A stretch of 64,000 nucleotides of DNA from Gemmatales bacterium. Its GTDB lineage: Bacteria > Planctomycetota > Planctomycetia > Gemmatales > HRBIN36. How positions within the stretch are numbered: the first letter of the stretch is position 1; each line of letters opens with the position of its first letter. This document shows positions 1 to 11,231 of this stretch, piece by piece. The DNA lies in contig JBEPZY010000004.1 of assembly GCA_041640595.1 (NCBI GenBank), positions 98,273 to 162,272 of the forward strand. The letters run 5' to 3'. Below the pieces are notes generated by a model that made no database searches, was not told where the DNA came from, and saw only the letters and a list, made by a program, of their open reading frames with translations. The position numbers and the translations under genes were made by a program.

Positions 1-1346
1 GCTTCGGCGGTGTATGGTTCAAAGCAAAAACCGTTGGCGGTGCCCGCGGCAAGTGTTTCTGGGGTGCAATCGGTGATGGTATCGGCCAGGCCACCCGTTT
101 TTCGCACCACCGGCACCGTGCCATAACGCAAACTGTAGAGCTGGCTCAGACCGGAAGGCTCAAAGCGGCTGGGCATCAAAAAAATGTCCCCGCCGGCCTC
201 GAACAAATGGGCCAGCGGTTCGTTGAATTCCAGCACCGCGACGAATTTATTGGGGTGCTGCTCCTGCAGTCGCCGCAATAACTGGTGGTAGCGTGGTTCG
301 CCCACTCCCAGGACAGCCCACTGGATGTCCCATCGGAGTATTTCTTCCGCTGCCTGCTCTACCAGGTCGAGCCCCTTTTGTTCAACCAGGCGTGAGACCA
401 TGACGACCAAGGGCACGCCTGGCCGCATGGGTAACCCCAGGCGTTCGCACAGCACGCGGCGACACTCCCGTTTACCGGCGACCACCGTTTCCGCGGTGTA
501 GTGGCAGGGCAGATACGGGTCATGAGCGGGGTCCCACTGGCTGTAATCCACACCGTTGAGGATACCGAGCAACTTGTGGCGATGCTCGCGCAAGACGCCT
601 TCCAGACCGCAGCCATATTCGGACGTTTGAATTTCCTCGGCATAGCGGCGACTGACAGTGGTGAGCAGGTCTGCGAAAACAATACCCGCTTTGAGGAAGT
701 TGAGTTTGCCATAAAACTCCAGCTCGCGCCAGTTGAACAGCGACCAGTCGAGGCCGGTCAGAATCATATCCCAGTGCCAGAACAGTCCCTGGTAGGCGAG
801 GTTGTGGATCGTCAGAACGGTTTTGGGAACCGGTTGAGACCACCGCGACGCATAAAGTTTTTTCACGTACACAGGAATGAGGGCGGTCTGCCAGTCATGG
901 AGATGCAGAATGTCGGGCCAGAATGCGAAACTGGGCAGTGCTTCCAGGGTAGCGCGACACAGGAAAATGAAGCGGCTGGCGTTGTCGGCATAGTCGGCCG
1001 TCCTGCTGTCGGGCAGACGATACTGATAGAGGTCAGCGCCGCTTTTGGGGTCGTCCCGTTCGTAGAACTCGGTTTGTTCGAGAAAATAGACGGGAATGTC
1101 GGTGCCGGGAAAGGTGCCGCGGTACCAGCGACCGGTATATAAGCGCTGGCCGAGTGGGATGCTGACGGTGGTGTCGGCAATGGTCGGGCAAAACTTGCTC
1201 TGTTTCACGCAGCGATACAAAGGCATTGCCAGAGCGACTTGATGCCCCCGGCGTGCCATAGCGCGAGGCAAAGCCGCCAGCACATCGGCCAGACCACCTG
1301 TCTTTGCAAAAGGTGCAATCTCGGGACTGACGTAGAGAATTTTCAC
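1..1346 (-). CDS. glgA: Glycogen synthase (3' end runs off the left edge of the window; absent from the ORF track)
   Basis: Manual translation from GTG at 1346 gives MKILYVSPEIAPFAKTGGLADVLAALPRAMARRGHQV, with the GT5 KTGGL ADP-glucose motif; near the window edge the minus strand reads FLMPSRFEPSGLSQLYSLRYGTVPVVRKTGGLADT. Confidence 0.93.
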   Translation of the reverse strand, partial: MKILYVSPEIAPFAKTGGLADVLAALPRAMARRGHQVALAMPLYRCVKQSKFCPTIADTTVSIPLGQRLYTGRWYRGTFPGTDIPVYFLEQTEFYERDDPKSGADLYQYRLPDSRTADYADNASRFIFLCRATLEALPSFAFWPDILHLHDWQTALIPVYVKKLYASRWSQPVPKTVLTIHNLAYQGLFWHWDMILTGLDWSLFNWRELEFYGKLNFLKAGIVFADLLTTVSRRYAEEIQTSEYGCGLEGVLREHRHKLLGILNGVDYSQWDPAHDPYLPCHYTAETVVAGKRECRRVLCERLGLPMRPGVPLVVMVSRLVEQKGLDLVEQAAEEILRWDIQWAVLGVGEPRYHQLLRRLQEQHPNKFVAVLEFNEPLAHLFEAGGDIFLMPSRFEPSGLSQLYSLRYGTVPVVRKTGGLADTITDCTPETLAAGTANGFCFEPYTAE

Positions 1347-1601
1347 CGCTGGAATCGAGGCTACGGCATCTGTCTATGATAAAAGCCGAGTTTACCCCAC
1401 GCGCTCGGTTCACCAGCTGAGTAGCTTAGCACAGTAGCAGCACGGGGGCTAATGGATGCATTGTACTGTCTGCTGCGATGGAATAAAGCTGTGGCTGTTA
1501 GTTGCCGTCAGGCCCGGCTTTACGCAGAAAGTATCGCATATACCCACCGTAAAAGGAGGACAAGCGTTCGGCCAGGATGCGGCTGGTTCTATACGGATCA
1601 G

Positions 1602-2372
1602 CTAAGCAGCAAGGGAGCGGACCTGGTTTGTTTGCTGGCGATACTGAGCGACAAAGCGGCGGTAATCTTCCCAGGTGTCAACGCCGCGAGCCGCCTCCGC
1701 TACCAGACCGACCTGGATGCGGGCCCCCAATGCCAGAGCGCGTAACTGTTCGAGTTTTTCGAGCTGTTCCAGGGGATGTGGTGGAGTACTGGCAAAACGA
1801 AGCAGAAAGTCCCGCCGGTAGGCGTATAACCCGACATGGCGTAAAAACATGGCCGGCAACGCTGTCCAGTTCGGCTGTCCGTCGCGGACATGGGGAATGG
1901 GACTGCGGCTGAAATACAGAGCCTGGCCGTGTTCGTTCAGCACCACCTTGACCACAGCAGGGTCTTCGTATTCCTCGCGCGAGCGAATCGGGGTGGCGAG
2001 AGTGGCCAGCTCGCAATCCGGATGACGCTGCAGCAGCTCGATGACATAATCGAGGTGGGCAGGTTCCACCAGAGGTTCATCGCCCTGGAGATTAACAAAT
2101 ACTTCCGCCGACAAAGAACGTGCCACTTCCGCCACTCGTTCGGAACCGCAGGTATGTTCCCGGCTGGTGCGGAGCACTGGCGCGCCGAAAGTGCTGGCGG
2201 CTGCTTCGACCCGCGGGTCGTCCGTCGCAATCACCACCTGTTGTGCTCTGCGGGCTAAACAGGCGCGCTCATAAACATGCTGCACCAGATATTTGCCCGT
2301 CTCCTTCAGGAGCACCTTCGCCGGCAAACGCTGCGATGCATAGCGTGCCGGAATGACAATGATCGCATTCAC
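1602..2372 (-). CDS. kdsB: 3-deoxy-manno-octulosonate cytidylyltransferase (CMP-KDO synthetase)
   Basis: IPARYASQRLPAK, NLQGDEP, ALYFSRSPIP, HVGLYAY, LEQLEKLEQLRAL motifs; GTG start at 2372 chosen for the upstream AAGGAGG. Confidence 0.95.
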   Translation of the reverse strand: MNAIIVIPARYASQRLPAKVLLKETGKYLVQHVYERACLARRAQQVVIATDDPRVEAAASTFGAPVLRTSREHTCGSERVAEVARSLSAEVFVNLQGDEPLVEPAHLDYVIELLQRHPDCELATLATPIRSREEYEDPAVVKVVLNEHGQALYFSRSPIPHVRDGQPNWTALPAMFLRHVGLYAYRRDFLLRFASTPPHPLEQLEKLEQLRALALGARIQVGLVAEAARGVDTWEDYRRFVAQYRQQTNQVRSLAA

Positions 2373-2667
2373 GCCGGACCTCCTTACCTCCTTTTCCTGG
2401 ACTGGCTCAGGGTACTGCTTGTGTGTTGCCGACTGCGGCAATTCCGAGACCCGAGCCTGTGCCTTGTTCCCTGGCGTTTGGATTGGCCGCGTTCGTTAGG
2501 GCGACGCCTAGTTTACCCGCTAGTCCACAATTCAAGCAAGCCCATGCCGAAGCCGTGCGCTTGCGGTTGGCTGAACCCCCTATGTTCACCGATGCTCGCA
2601 CAGTTCCCGGCCGGTCGAATAGAATCATGCGAACGGTAGAAGAGGCTCACCGTGAGCCTGGCACGAT

Positions 2668-3918
2668 ATGTCTCGAAAGCCGGAAGCCTCGGATAAGACT
2701 GGGAAGCAGCTGGCTCCAGCAGTCATGCACGACCGGCAATGCTCCGGCAGGGAGCTTCCGGTCGGGCTCGAGGAACGAATCAAGGAACGAGCCCGGCAGT
2801 TGGGTTTTGCCCTGGCTGGTATTGCTGCCGCTGTGCCACCCGAAAGTTTACCCCATTTGCAAAACTGGTTAGCTCAAGGTCTGGCGGGTTCGATGGAATA
2901 TATGCATCGTCAGGCGGAAGCTCGCTCTCATCCCCGCTACGTTTTCCCAGAGGTCCGCAGCATCGTCGTGGTTGGGCTGAATTATAAACCCGGGCACTGG
3001 GTGAGCCAGGAAGAATTGCCTGCCATGTCCGGTCGGATTTCCAGTTACGCCTGGGGGCGCGATTATCATCGGGTTGTGCGGAAGAAATTGCGGGAGCTGC
3101 TGCGGTGGTTGCAAGCGCAGGTTCCCGAATGTCGCGGCCGTATTGCTGTGGACTCGGCACCGTTACTGGAGCGCGATTACGCACGGCAGGCGGGATTGGG
3201 CTGGTTCGGCAAAAACACCATGCTGCTGAACAAGCGTTACGGGAGCTTCTTTTTCCTGGGAGCACTATTGACGAATCTGGAATTGCGTCCCGATCCGCCG
3301 CTGGAGACATCGCATTGCGGAACATGCACGGCTTGCCTGGAAGCGTGTCCGACGCAGGCATTCGTTGCCCCGAAAATTCTCGACGCCCGACGCTGTATCA
3401 GTTACCTGACCATTGAGCATCGCGGCCCGATTGCCAAGGAGTTGCGTCCGCAAATCGGCGATTGGGTGTTTGGTTGCGACGTGTGTCAGGAGGTTTGTCC
3501 CTGGAATCGTAAAGCCCCGCCGGGATCGGAACCTGAGCTGCAAGTGCGTCCGGAGCTGGCTGCGCCGGACTTGACGGCATGGTTCGAGTGGAGCGAGGAG
3601 CAATTTCGCCAGCACTTTGCGGGAACGGCTCTGTGGCGAGCCAGGCGAGACGGGTTACTCCGCAACGCGGCCATCGTGCTGGGTAATCGTAAAGACCCGC
3701 GTGCCGTGCCAGCTTTGTGTCGGGGCTTGTGGGACAGCTCGGCGGTTGTTCGCGGTGCCGCTGCCTGGGCATTGGGACAGATCGCCACGAACGAGGCTCT
3801 GAGTGCTCTGCATTCGCGGCTGGCCAGCGAAAACGACCCGGAAGTGCGCGAGGAAATCAAGACTGCCCTGGCCAGCGCAGGACAGTTACCTGCGATCACC
3901 GCCGGGATGGTTCGATGA
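2668..3918 (+). CDS. queG: tRNA epoxyqueuosine reductase with C-terminal HEAT-like repeats
   Basis: [50 protein letters not shown]e-S motifs; start uncertain. Confidence 0.93.
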   Translation: MSRKPEASDKTGKQLAPAVMHDRQCSGRELPVGLEERIKERARQLGFALAGIAAAVPPESLPHLQNWLAQGLAGSMEYMHRQAEARSHPRYVFPEVRSIVVVGLNYKPGHWVSQEELPAMSGRISSYAWGRDYHRVVRKKLRELLRWLQAQVPECRGRIAVDSAPLLERDYARQAGLGWFGKNTMLLNKRYGSFFFLGALLTNLELRPDPPLETSHCGTCTACLEACPTQAFVAPKILDARRCISYLTIEHRGPIAKELRPQIGDWVFGCDVCQEVCPWNRKAPPGSEPELQVRPELAAPDLTAWFEWSEEQFRQHFAGTALWRARRDGLLRNAAIVLGNRKDPRAVPALCRGLWDSSAVVRGAAAWALGQIATNEALSALHSRLASENDPEVREEIKTALASAGQLPAITAGMVR

Positions 3919-4984
3919 GACCTTCGAGCGGGCTGGAAGCGGTGGCATAGAGCTTTTTGGGAATACGTCCCGCCCGATAGGCGAGACGGCCTGCTTGCCA
4001 GGCCCAACGCATAGCCCAGGCCATTCGCACCGGGTCTTTCGCTTGCGCCACACCGGTGTTCAGCAAAACGCCATCACAGCCCAGCTCCATGGCGATGGTC
4101 ACATCGCTGGCCGTGCCTACTCCTGCATCCACAATGACCGGATACTGCGGGTCATCTTCCTTCAGGTATTCCAGGAGGATGCGGATGTTGTTGGGGTTGA
4201 GGATGCCCTGACCGCTGCCGATTGGGCTTCCGGCAGGCATAACGCTGGTGGCACCCGCCTGCTTGAGCCGACGAGCCAGAACTGGATCATCCGTCGTGTA
4301 CACCAGCACCTGGAAACCCTCGGCCACCAGGCGCTCGGTCGCTTCCAGCGTGGCAATCGGGTCGGGCAGCAGGGTCTTGGGATCGCCGAGCACTTCCAGT
4401 TTGACCCATGCAGCGCCCGGATTGCCATAGCCCTCCAGAATCTCCCGACCGAGTCGTGCATGACGCACGGCATCTTCTGCCGTGTAACATCCGGCGGTGT
4501 TGGGAAGAATGGTGTACTTTTTCGGGTCAATAAAGTCGAGAATGTTGCGGCCTTGTTTGTCGAAAAGCCGTTCCCGGCGAACGGCGACGGTCACAATTTC
4601 GCAACCACTTGCCTCGTGGCATTGCTGCATGATTTCGAAACTGGGATACTTCCCCGAACCAAGAATGAGCCGACTGCGAAAGCGAAACTTGCCAATGACC
4701 AGCGGCTCGTCTTCCGGCTCGGCAACTTCCCCGCCACCGACCAGAGTAACAATTTCCACGCGATCGCCCGGACGTAAGACATATTCGCCCAGGCGAGTAC
4801 GAGGGACGAGTTCCTGATTGACCTCGACGGCAATACGCCGCGGTTCCAATCCTAGCCGGCTCAATAAGTCAGCCAATGTGTTGCCAGCTGGCACCCGGTA
4901 TTGCTCACCGTTGACCCGGATTTCAATAGTTGGCCCTGCTGTGCCTGGCGACTCCGACCGCACCGTGGTGAATTCTTCGATCAT
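3896..4984 (-). CDS. thiG: Fused sulfur carrier ThiS / thiazole synthase ThiG
   Basis: N-terminal ThiS (IRVNGE...[12 protein letters not shown]...[10 protein letters not shown]) followed by ThiG ([31 protein letters not shown]); ATG at 4984 after AAAGGAAG. Confidence 0.93.
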   Translation of the reverse strand: MIEEFTTVRSESPGTAGPTIEIRVNGEQYRVPAGNTLADLLSRLGLEPRRIAVEVNQELVPRTRLGEYVLRPGDRVEIVTLVGGGEVAEPEDEPLVIGKFRFRSRLILGSGKYPSFEIMQQCHEASGCEIVTVAVRRERLFDKQGRNILDFIDPKKYTILPNTAGCYTAEDAVRHARLGREILEGYGNPGAAWVKLEVLGDPKTLLPDPIATLEATERLVAEGFQVLVYTTDDPVLARRLKQAGATSVMPAGSPIGSGQGILNPNNIRILLEYLKEDDPQYPVIVDAGVGTASDVTIAMELGCDGVLLNTGVAQAKDPVRMAWAMRWAWQAGRLAYRAGRIPKKLYATASSPLEGLIEPSRR

Positions 4985-5143
4985 CGCTAGTCTTCCTTTG
5001 GTGATCCTCTCCAATGATTGTAGGCAGCAATCAGGGAAAACGGTCAAAACGTTGCTCATTCGCTAAGGCCTTGCCCCGCCGGCAGTAGGTGGCCATGCGA
5101 AAGCGGACCAGCGCCAATAAAATGCCATAGCGGAGCTTGTGCT

Positions 5144-5368
5144 ATGAACCCACTGATTACCCTGGGCTGGATGCTGATCGTACTGGGCTTCGTCTTACTC
5201 TTGCTCGGCCTGGCGGGAAAAGTTCCCTGGCTGGGCCGACTGCCTGGTGATATTGTCATCGAACGAGACGGCCTGCGAATTTACATCCCGATTATGACTT
5301 CGCTGTTGCTGAGTGTCCTGTTGACGCTGGTGGTTTGGCTCATGCAGTGGTGGTATGGGCGTCGCTAA
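5144..5368 (+). CDS. DUF2905-like small membrane protein
   Basis: Two hydrophobic segments around GRLPGDIVIER...YIPIMTSLLLS, typical of DUF2905. Confidence 0.8.
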   Translation: MNPLITLGWMLIVLGFVLLLLGLAGKVPWLGRLPGDIVIERDGLRIYIPIMTSLLLSVLLTLVVWLMQWWYGRR

Positions 5369-6059
5369 GACCGGCGAACAAAGCCGTGCCGATGCGTATC
5401 AGGGTCGCCCCTTCCCGAATGGCCCCGCGAAAGTCGTTGCTCATGCCCATGGAGAGATGGTGAAGCGTATGGGGTGTGCCTGCCAGTCGCAGCGCCAGTC
5501 GGTCGCGCAATTGTCGCAGGGCGGCAAAAGTGGGTCGGGCTGATTCGTGATCCGTGCCCAGTGGTGCCAGCGTCATCAGTCCTCGCACCCGAACATAGTG
5601 CAGCCCCGCCAGTGCATCGGGAACCTCCGCTTCCTGTTCAGGAACGAATCCGTGTTTGGCCGGTTCGCCGCTCAGGTTGAATTCCAGCAGCACCTCAGCG
5701 ATGCGGTTGATCTTTTGGGCCGCTGCTTCAATCGCCGCCAGCAAGCGCCAACTATCTACCGAATGGATCAGGGTCACCAGGGGCAGAGTGCGCTCGACTT
5801 TGTTGCGTTGCAAATGGCCAACAAGATGCCAGCGCGCTTGTGGAATTGCCCCGGCTTTCCGCCACAGTTCCTGAGGACGGCTTTCGCCCAGGTCGCTAAC
5901 CCCCAGTTCCGTCAAGAGTGCTGCCACTTCGCTACTGACGGTTTTCGTTACCGCAACCAGCCTGACCTCAGCTGGATCGCGATGGGCGACCCGGCAAGCA
6001 TCGGCGATCTGGCTGGTAATGCGTTCCAGGTTGTTCCGCAAAATTTCGCGCACTTCCAT
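5340..6059 (-). CDS. yggS: PLP homeostasis protein (YggS/PROSC family)
   Basis: LVAVTKT, WHLVGHLQRNKV, IHSVDS, GLMT, LSMGMSNDF...GATLIRIGTALF; start placed at ATG 6059. Confidence 0.92.
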   Translation of the reverse strand: MEVREILRNNLERITSQIADACRVAHRDPAEVRLVAVTKTVSSEVAALLTELGVSDLGESRPQELWRKAGAIPQARWHLVGHLQRNKVERTLPLVTLIHSVDSWRLLAAIEAAAQKINRIAEVLLEFNLSGEPAKHGFVPEQEAEVPDALAGLHYVRVRGLMTLAPLGTDHESARPTFAALRQLRDRLALRLAGTPHTLHHLSMGMSNDFRGAIREGATLIRIGTALFAGLSDAHTTTA

Positions 6060-6258
6060 AGCGATTCGTTGACGGTTATCAGCGGTCGGTGTTGGATGAC
6101 CAGCCACCAGTGGTGGGATTCGCTGAAAATGAGCGAATCCAGGGCGACTGGTGAGCCTGCTGTCGGCCATCCCGAGTCCGCGTAACCTGGCGGGTTCGCA
6201 CACTTTGAAGCCGCCGAGCACGATCTCGTCCGTTTCCGTCAACCATCATCTCCCATTT

Positions 6259-7161
6259 TTATAGCGGGGCAGGTAAATCGCGACGGTGGAAGATTTCCGC
6301 GGCCAGGACGTACCCGGCCAGGCCGAGACTTCCCAGCACCAACGGCGGACAAACTGACCACGAGAAGTTCGGAACCTGTACCCACCAGGAATTTTGCAGA
6401 ATGTGTAATTGCGGCTGGAAGTAAAAGAACAGTGTGGCCGGTCGGTAAGGCTCTAAAGGTGGCCAGAGTTGGCCGAACAGGTTTACCAGAAACATCACCA
6501 GCAACATCAGCAGCACACCGCCGGCCACTTTCCAGCGCGACCGACCCAGAGCCGATGCTACCAGGGTCAGTCCGCTGACGGAAAAAGCCAGCGTCATCAG
6601 GTTAGTGGCTGCTATTGCATAGCTACTCAATACGACGCCTGGCAGTGCCAGCAGCCAAACTCCCAGAGCAGTTCCGAGCAGCATCGCTGCTGCCAGAACG
6701 GGCAGTGTGAGCAAATCGAGCAGCAGGTGAGTGTAAACCAGCTGTCGTCGGCTGATCGGCTGCGCCAGCAGTAATTCCAAGGTTCCTCGTTCCAGTTCTC
6801 CCGCAAGCGCTGCCGATCCGCGTCCCACTCCCCAGAGGCACAGCACAAATTGCACGAATGGATGCACGTAACCGATGGTTAGAACCGTGGCTGGATCGTT
6901 CAGGTTGACCAGATCGCCGCCCAGGAGTGCATAAACGATCTGCCCCGGCCCTTCCCAGAAGCGTTTTTCCAAGGCCTTGATGGCCCACGGGGTGAGCCGC
7001 GCCAGTTCAAACACTTCGTTGATCAGGGGCATGACCTGACGGTAGATGCGATCGGCGATTTTGCACCATAGCAGTTCGTAAACGCCCAGCACCACGCACG
7101 CCAGTATAAACGGGCCGCGCCAATCGCGCCACAATTTGCTCAGCAATATCCGAGTGTTCAT
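6259..7161 (-). CDS. ABC-2 type transporter permease
   Basis: Multiple TM segments, LAGELERGTLELLLAQPISR motif; overlaps the upstream ATPase by 4 bp. Confidence 0.88.
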   Translation of the reverse strand: MNTRILLSKLWRDWRGPFILACVVLGVYELLWCKIADRIYRQVMPLINEVFELARLTPWAIKALEKRFWEGPGQIVYALLGGDLVNLNDPATVLTIGYVHPFVQFVLCLWGVGRGSAALAGELERGTLELLLAQPISRRQLVYTHLLLDLLTLPVLAAAMLLGTALGVWLLALPGVVLSSYAIAATNLMTLAFSVSGLTLVASALGRSRWKVAGGVLLMLLVMFLVNLFGQLWPPLEPYRPATLFFYFQPQLHILQNSWWVQVPNFSWSVCPPLVLGSLGLAGYVLAAEIFHRRDLPAPL

Positions 7162-8060
7162 GTTGCCGTACCGTGAATTTGCCGATAGAGCATCTCCAAT
7201 CCGACGGGTTCGACGTGAATGTCTTCGACTTCCTGTTGGGCGAGCCAGTTCAGGAGTGGTCGCAAAGATCCACGCACCAGCCAGGTCGACTGGTTACCCT
7301 CCCGACTGAGCAGGTTATCCGGGAACGGGCAGCCGTCCACGACCGGTTTTGCAAAACGTACGCGCACACGGCGACACTGTTGCAGATCGTCGAGATTTTC
7401 CAGAGCTGCAAGTCGCCCGCTTCGCAAAATGGCCACGCGATCGCAAACCGCTTCCACTTCGCTGAGCACATGCGAGGAAAACACAATGGTTCGGCCGGCG
7501 TCGCGCAAGGCCCGCAGCAACTCAAACAGTTCGCCCCGCATCGCCGGGTCGAGGGTATTGGTCGGCTCGTCCAGGATCAGCAGTGAGGTTCGGGAAGCCA
7601 GCACACTTACCAGAGCCAATTTATGTTTCATTCCCGAAGAGAGCGTGCGGATAGGCCGGTCGAGATCGAGGGCGAAGCGTTTTGCCAGGCTTTCGACACT
7701 CCAGGGAGAAGGATCGCCTGCTACTTGCGGGGAAACCGCTGCTCGCAGGCCGCTGAAAAAGTTGAGCAATTCCCGACTGGTCAGATGTTCATAAAGCCGC
7801 AATTCCCCTGGCAAATAAGCCAGACGGCGTCGCACTTCCAGGCTCTGCTTCCAGCAATCGAAACCGCACACACTTGCCGTTCCCGCGGTGGGGCGCAGGA
7901 AGCCAAGCACCAGGCGGACGAAAGTGGTTTTGCCGGAACCGTTCGGCCCGAGCAAACCGACAATTTCGCCCTGGCGGATGCTCAAAGTAAGGTTTTCGAG
8001 CGCCACCACAGCACGGTAATGTTTTGTCAGGTTATGCGTCTGCAAAAGCACCCCGGCCAT
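7158..8060 (-). CDS. ABC transporter ATP-binding protein
   Basis: Walker A GPNGSGKT, signature LSSGM, Walker B LILDEP, SSH switch. Confidence 0.95.
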   Translation of the reverse strand: MAGVLLQTHNLTKHYRAVVALENLTLSIRQGEIVGLLGPNGSGKTTFVRLVLGFLRPTAGTASVCGFDCWKQSLEVRRRLAYLPGELRLYEHLTSRELLNFFSGLRAAVSPQVAGDPSPWSVESLAKRFALDLDRPIRTLSSGMKHKLALVSVLASRTSLLILDEPTNTLDPAMRGELFELLRALRDAGRTIVFSSHVLSEVEAVCDRVAILRSGRLAALENLDDLQQCRRVRVRFAKPVVDGCPFPDNLLSREGNQSTWLVRGSLRPLLNWLAQQEVEDIHVEPVGLEMLYRQIHGTAT

Positions 8061-8217
8061 TTTCGTCCCATAGCTAAATTTCTGGCAAAATCGGGTCAGC
8101 CTCGTGAGATATAATACCGGAAGGAAAACCTTTCAGAGCCGCGGTCGGTAGGACATACCGTTGGCGGTAGCGATTGGGAATTGACGCTGAGCAGGATGGC
8201 TGCAGGAGACCTTCTGC

Positions 8218-10137
8218 ATGAACCCAGGCAGCCCGTGTCCATCTCCCGATGTGTGGCGTAGATGGTTGCGGCGATGGATTGAGCCATCCCCGGAGGAACA
8301 ACAACGGTTGGCCCAGCATCTCGAAGGATGTTCGGCGTGTCGGCGGTTGTTTGCTGCCGAGTATATCCGTCTGCAAATTTCGGAATTTGCCAGCCTGGAC
8401 CATATCGTTCCTGAAGTGCTGGCCCGCGTGGAATGGTGTTTACGGGAACCCGTGCCGGATTCCGCGAGTGCAACCCCTCCTACGGTGGCGATGAGTCCGG
8501 CTGCAGTCGAGGAAATCATCAAACCCGCCGCAATTCCGGTCCGTCCGGAGAAACCGACACCTGGCGACGCAGCTGCAGATGCTGCAGCGGCGAAAGCCCG
8601 GCGGCCACGCATTTTCGGCAACTACTGTTTGTACCGCCGCCTCGGCGAAGGGGCTATGGGTGTGGTTTTTGAAGCCGAGGACATGCGCACGCGCAAACGG
8701 GTGGCACTGAAGTTGATGAAACCGGAACTGGCCAACAATGTCACCAGCCGACAGCGGTTCCTTCGCGAGGCCCAGGCCGCTTCCGCTCTCCAACATTCCA
8801 ACGTAGTGGCGATACACTAAGTCGGCGAACTGAGCGAAATCCCGTTCATCGCCATGGAGTATCTCGTTGGCGAATCGCTCCGTGATCGAATCAAACGGGG
8901 TGGGGCGATGCCCTGGCGTGAGGCTTGCCGGATTGCCGCTGAAGTCGCTGATGGACTGGCCGCTGCTCACCGTCAGGGACTCGTTCACCGCGATGTCAAG
9001 CCAGCCAACATCTGGTTGCAGCATCCCGGCCAGCGTGTCAAACTGCTCGACTTCGGTCTGGTACGTTTGCAGCATCAGGATGTCGAACTGACCCGCGAAG
9101 GGCTTACCGTCGGCACACCTGCCTACATGTCGCCGGAACAAATCCGTGGCCAGAACGTAGATGGTCGGTCGGATTTATTCAGCCTGGGCGTGGTGCTGTA
9201 TGAGTGCCTGACAGGAAAAAGACCGTTCAGCGGGGACCAGGTGCTGGCGGTTATGGCCCAGGTTCTAACGCATGACCCCGCCCCACCGCGACAATTGAAT
9301 CCACAGGTACCCGAGGCGGTCTCGAGGCTGGTCATGCAATTGCTGGCCAAAGATCCGGCACGGCGTCCTGCTTCTGCCAGCGAAGTGGCTGAGAACCTCC
9401 GCCAGTTAATCCGTTCGCCTTCGAGTCAGCCTGCAGCTCCGGAGCACAAGCACGACAAGCCAGATTCGCCGCAGTCAGTCCAGCCTAAAACGGTGGAACC
9501 AACTCTCGGGGGAACGCCCTGGGTATATTGGCCTGCACCCAGTAGCACATCACCTCGAGAAGAACCGGAACCCCGGGAACCTGTCCCACCACGGCCGCGT
9601 AAACGCAAAAAATCCCGGCCTCCTGAAAGCCCCTGGAATCAATGGTTGTTATTAGCCGCGGTCATCGTGTTACCTGCGGCGTTGCTGCTTTTCATCGGCC
9701 ATCAGTTGCTGGAATGGTTTCGAGAGAAGCCAGGTCTGGTCGCTGTCGAGGTAGAGGAAAAGGCTGTGCCATTCTGGAAGAACGCGGAGCTTCGCATTTA
9801 CAGCGACAAAGATCGCATCGCAGCCGTGCTGAGACCCAATATGCCGACTGTCGAGTTGCCCCCCGGGCGTTACTGGGCAGTTCTACCCAGAGAGTGGACC
9901 GCGCACCTGCAGGTGGACAAGTTCGAGTTTCAAGTGGAGGCCAACCGTCGAACGATGCTGACCGTTCGGTTGCGCGGCGATATAGGGCAACCGGCACCTA
10001 AGCCTGAAGAGAAGCTGCCTGAAGAACCGTTGCCGAAACCGATTCCGCCTGCCGAACAACCGCCGGGTCAGGAATTGCAACCGCCTGGCGAAGGGAAAGT
10101 TTCCTATTGTGAGCGACGATCCAGGTGGCCAGTTTAG
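8218..10137 (+). pseudogene. Membrane Ser/Thr protein kinase with N-terminal anti-sigma-type zinc finger, interrupted by an in-frame TAA at 8818-8820
   Basis: ORFs 8218-8820 and 8854-10137 are in the same frame: LGEGAMGVV, VALK, HSNVVAIH*VGELSEIPFIAMEYL, HRDVKPAN, DFG, GTPAYMSPE; HLEGCSAC at the N-terminus; TM helix follows the kinase domain. Confidence 0.85.
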
Positions 10138-10239
10138 CCGCGAATTGTTGCGGAAAGTGTAAACGTGTATGACAGCGAGCTGGTTATTCGCTAAAATCAC
10201 CGCCGGCGTCAGGTGGATAACCCAGGGCGGAGGGCAACT

Positions 10240-11115
10240 ATGCAGCGACGCGATTTCTTGCAATGGGGACTTTTCGGAGGAATGACGGCAGCCATTAGCC
10301 AGCTAACTTATGCCGCACCGTCATCTTCTGCCAACGTACCTGCGGCACGGTTTAAGTTGGGAATGGTCACCTACAACATCGCGGCGAAGTGGGACCTGGC
10401 AACGATCCTGCGGGTTTGCCGTAATGTCGGCCTGGCTGCCGTGGAACTGCGCACCACTCACGCCCACGGTGTCGAACCGGACCTACCAGCAGCCAAACGT
10501 GCCGATGTTCGCAAACAATTTGCCGACAGCGGTGTGGTGTTCTGGGGGTGCGGTACGGTCTGCGAGTTTCATTCTCCCGACCCCAGTCAGGTGCGCAAGA
10601 ACATCGAAACTTGCAAAGAGTTTATTGACCTGGTCGCCGACCTGGGCGGCAAAGGCGTGAAGGTACGCCCCAATGCTCTGCCCAAAGAAGTGCCCGTCGA
10701 AAAAACGCTGGCCCAGATCGGCCAGGCCTTACGGGAATGTGGCAAAGCAGCCGCAAACCGGGGCGTGGAAATCTGGCTGGAAGTGCACGGCCCGGGAACT
10801 TCCCACCCTCCGCATGTTCGCACCATCATGGAACATTGCGGACTGGATAACGTCGGCATTACCTGGAACTCCAATCCTACTGACGTCAAAAACGGTTCGG
10901 TCAGCGAGTATTTCGAATTGCTCCGCCCCTGGCTCAAATCCTGCCACATCAACGAACTGTATTCCAGTTACCCCTGGCGAGAACTATTCACGCTGCTCCG
11001 GCAATGTGGTTACGATCGCTACACGCTGGCGGAGATTCCCGGCAGTCCCGATGTGGCCAGCGGCGAGCGATTGCTCCGCTATTACAAAACTCTCTGGCAG
11101 GAACTGATCCGTTAG
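10240..11115 (+). CDS. Tat-exported sugar phosphate isomerase/epimerase (xylose-isomerase-like TIM barrel)
   Basis: MQRRDFLQ twin-arginine signal; VELR, WLEVHG, CHINEL, AEI metal-site pattern. Confidence 0.8.
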   Translation: MQRRDFLQWGLFGGMTAAISQLTYAAPSSSANVPAARFKLGMVTYNIAAKWDLATILRVCRNVGLAAVELRTTHAHGVEPDLPAAKRADVRKQFADSGVVFWGCGTVCEFHSPDPSQVRKNIETCKEFIDLVADLGGKGVKVRPNALPKEVPVEKTLAQIGQALRECGKAAANRGVEIWLEVHGPGTSHPPHVRTIMEHCGLDNVGITWNSNPTDVKNGSVSEYFELLRPWLKSCHINELYSSYPWRELFTLLRQCGYDRYTLAEIPGSPDVASGERLLRYYKTLWQELIR

Positions 11116-11231
11116 CGTCTTAGCCAATCGCCAAGCGAAAGGGCCAGTGCGAACCACCAGTCCTGGCGCCTCACGATTACCATCATCCGCACTTATGGCG
11201 TCCTAAAAAGTGCCGGAAGGAATAGACGATT

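Noticed and set aside
4985..5143. TPP riboswitch upstream of thiS-thiG
   Set aside because: No CTGAGA or ACCTGA core motifs seen on the minus strand.
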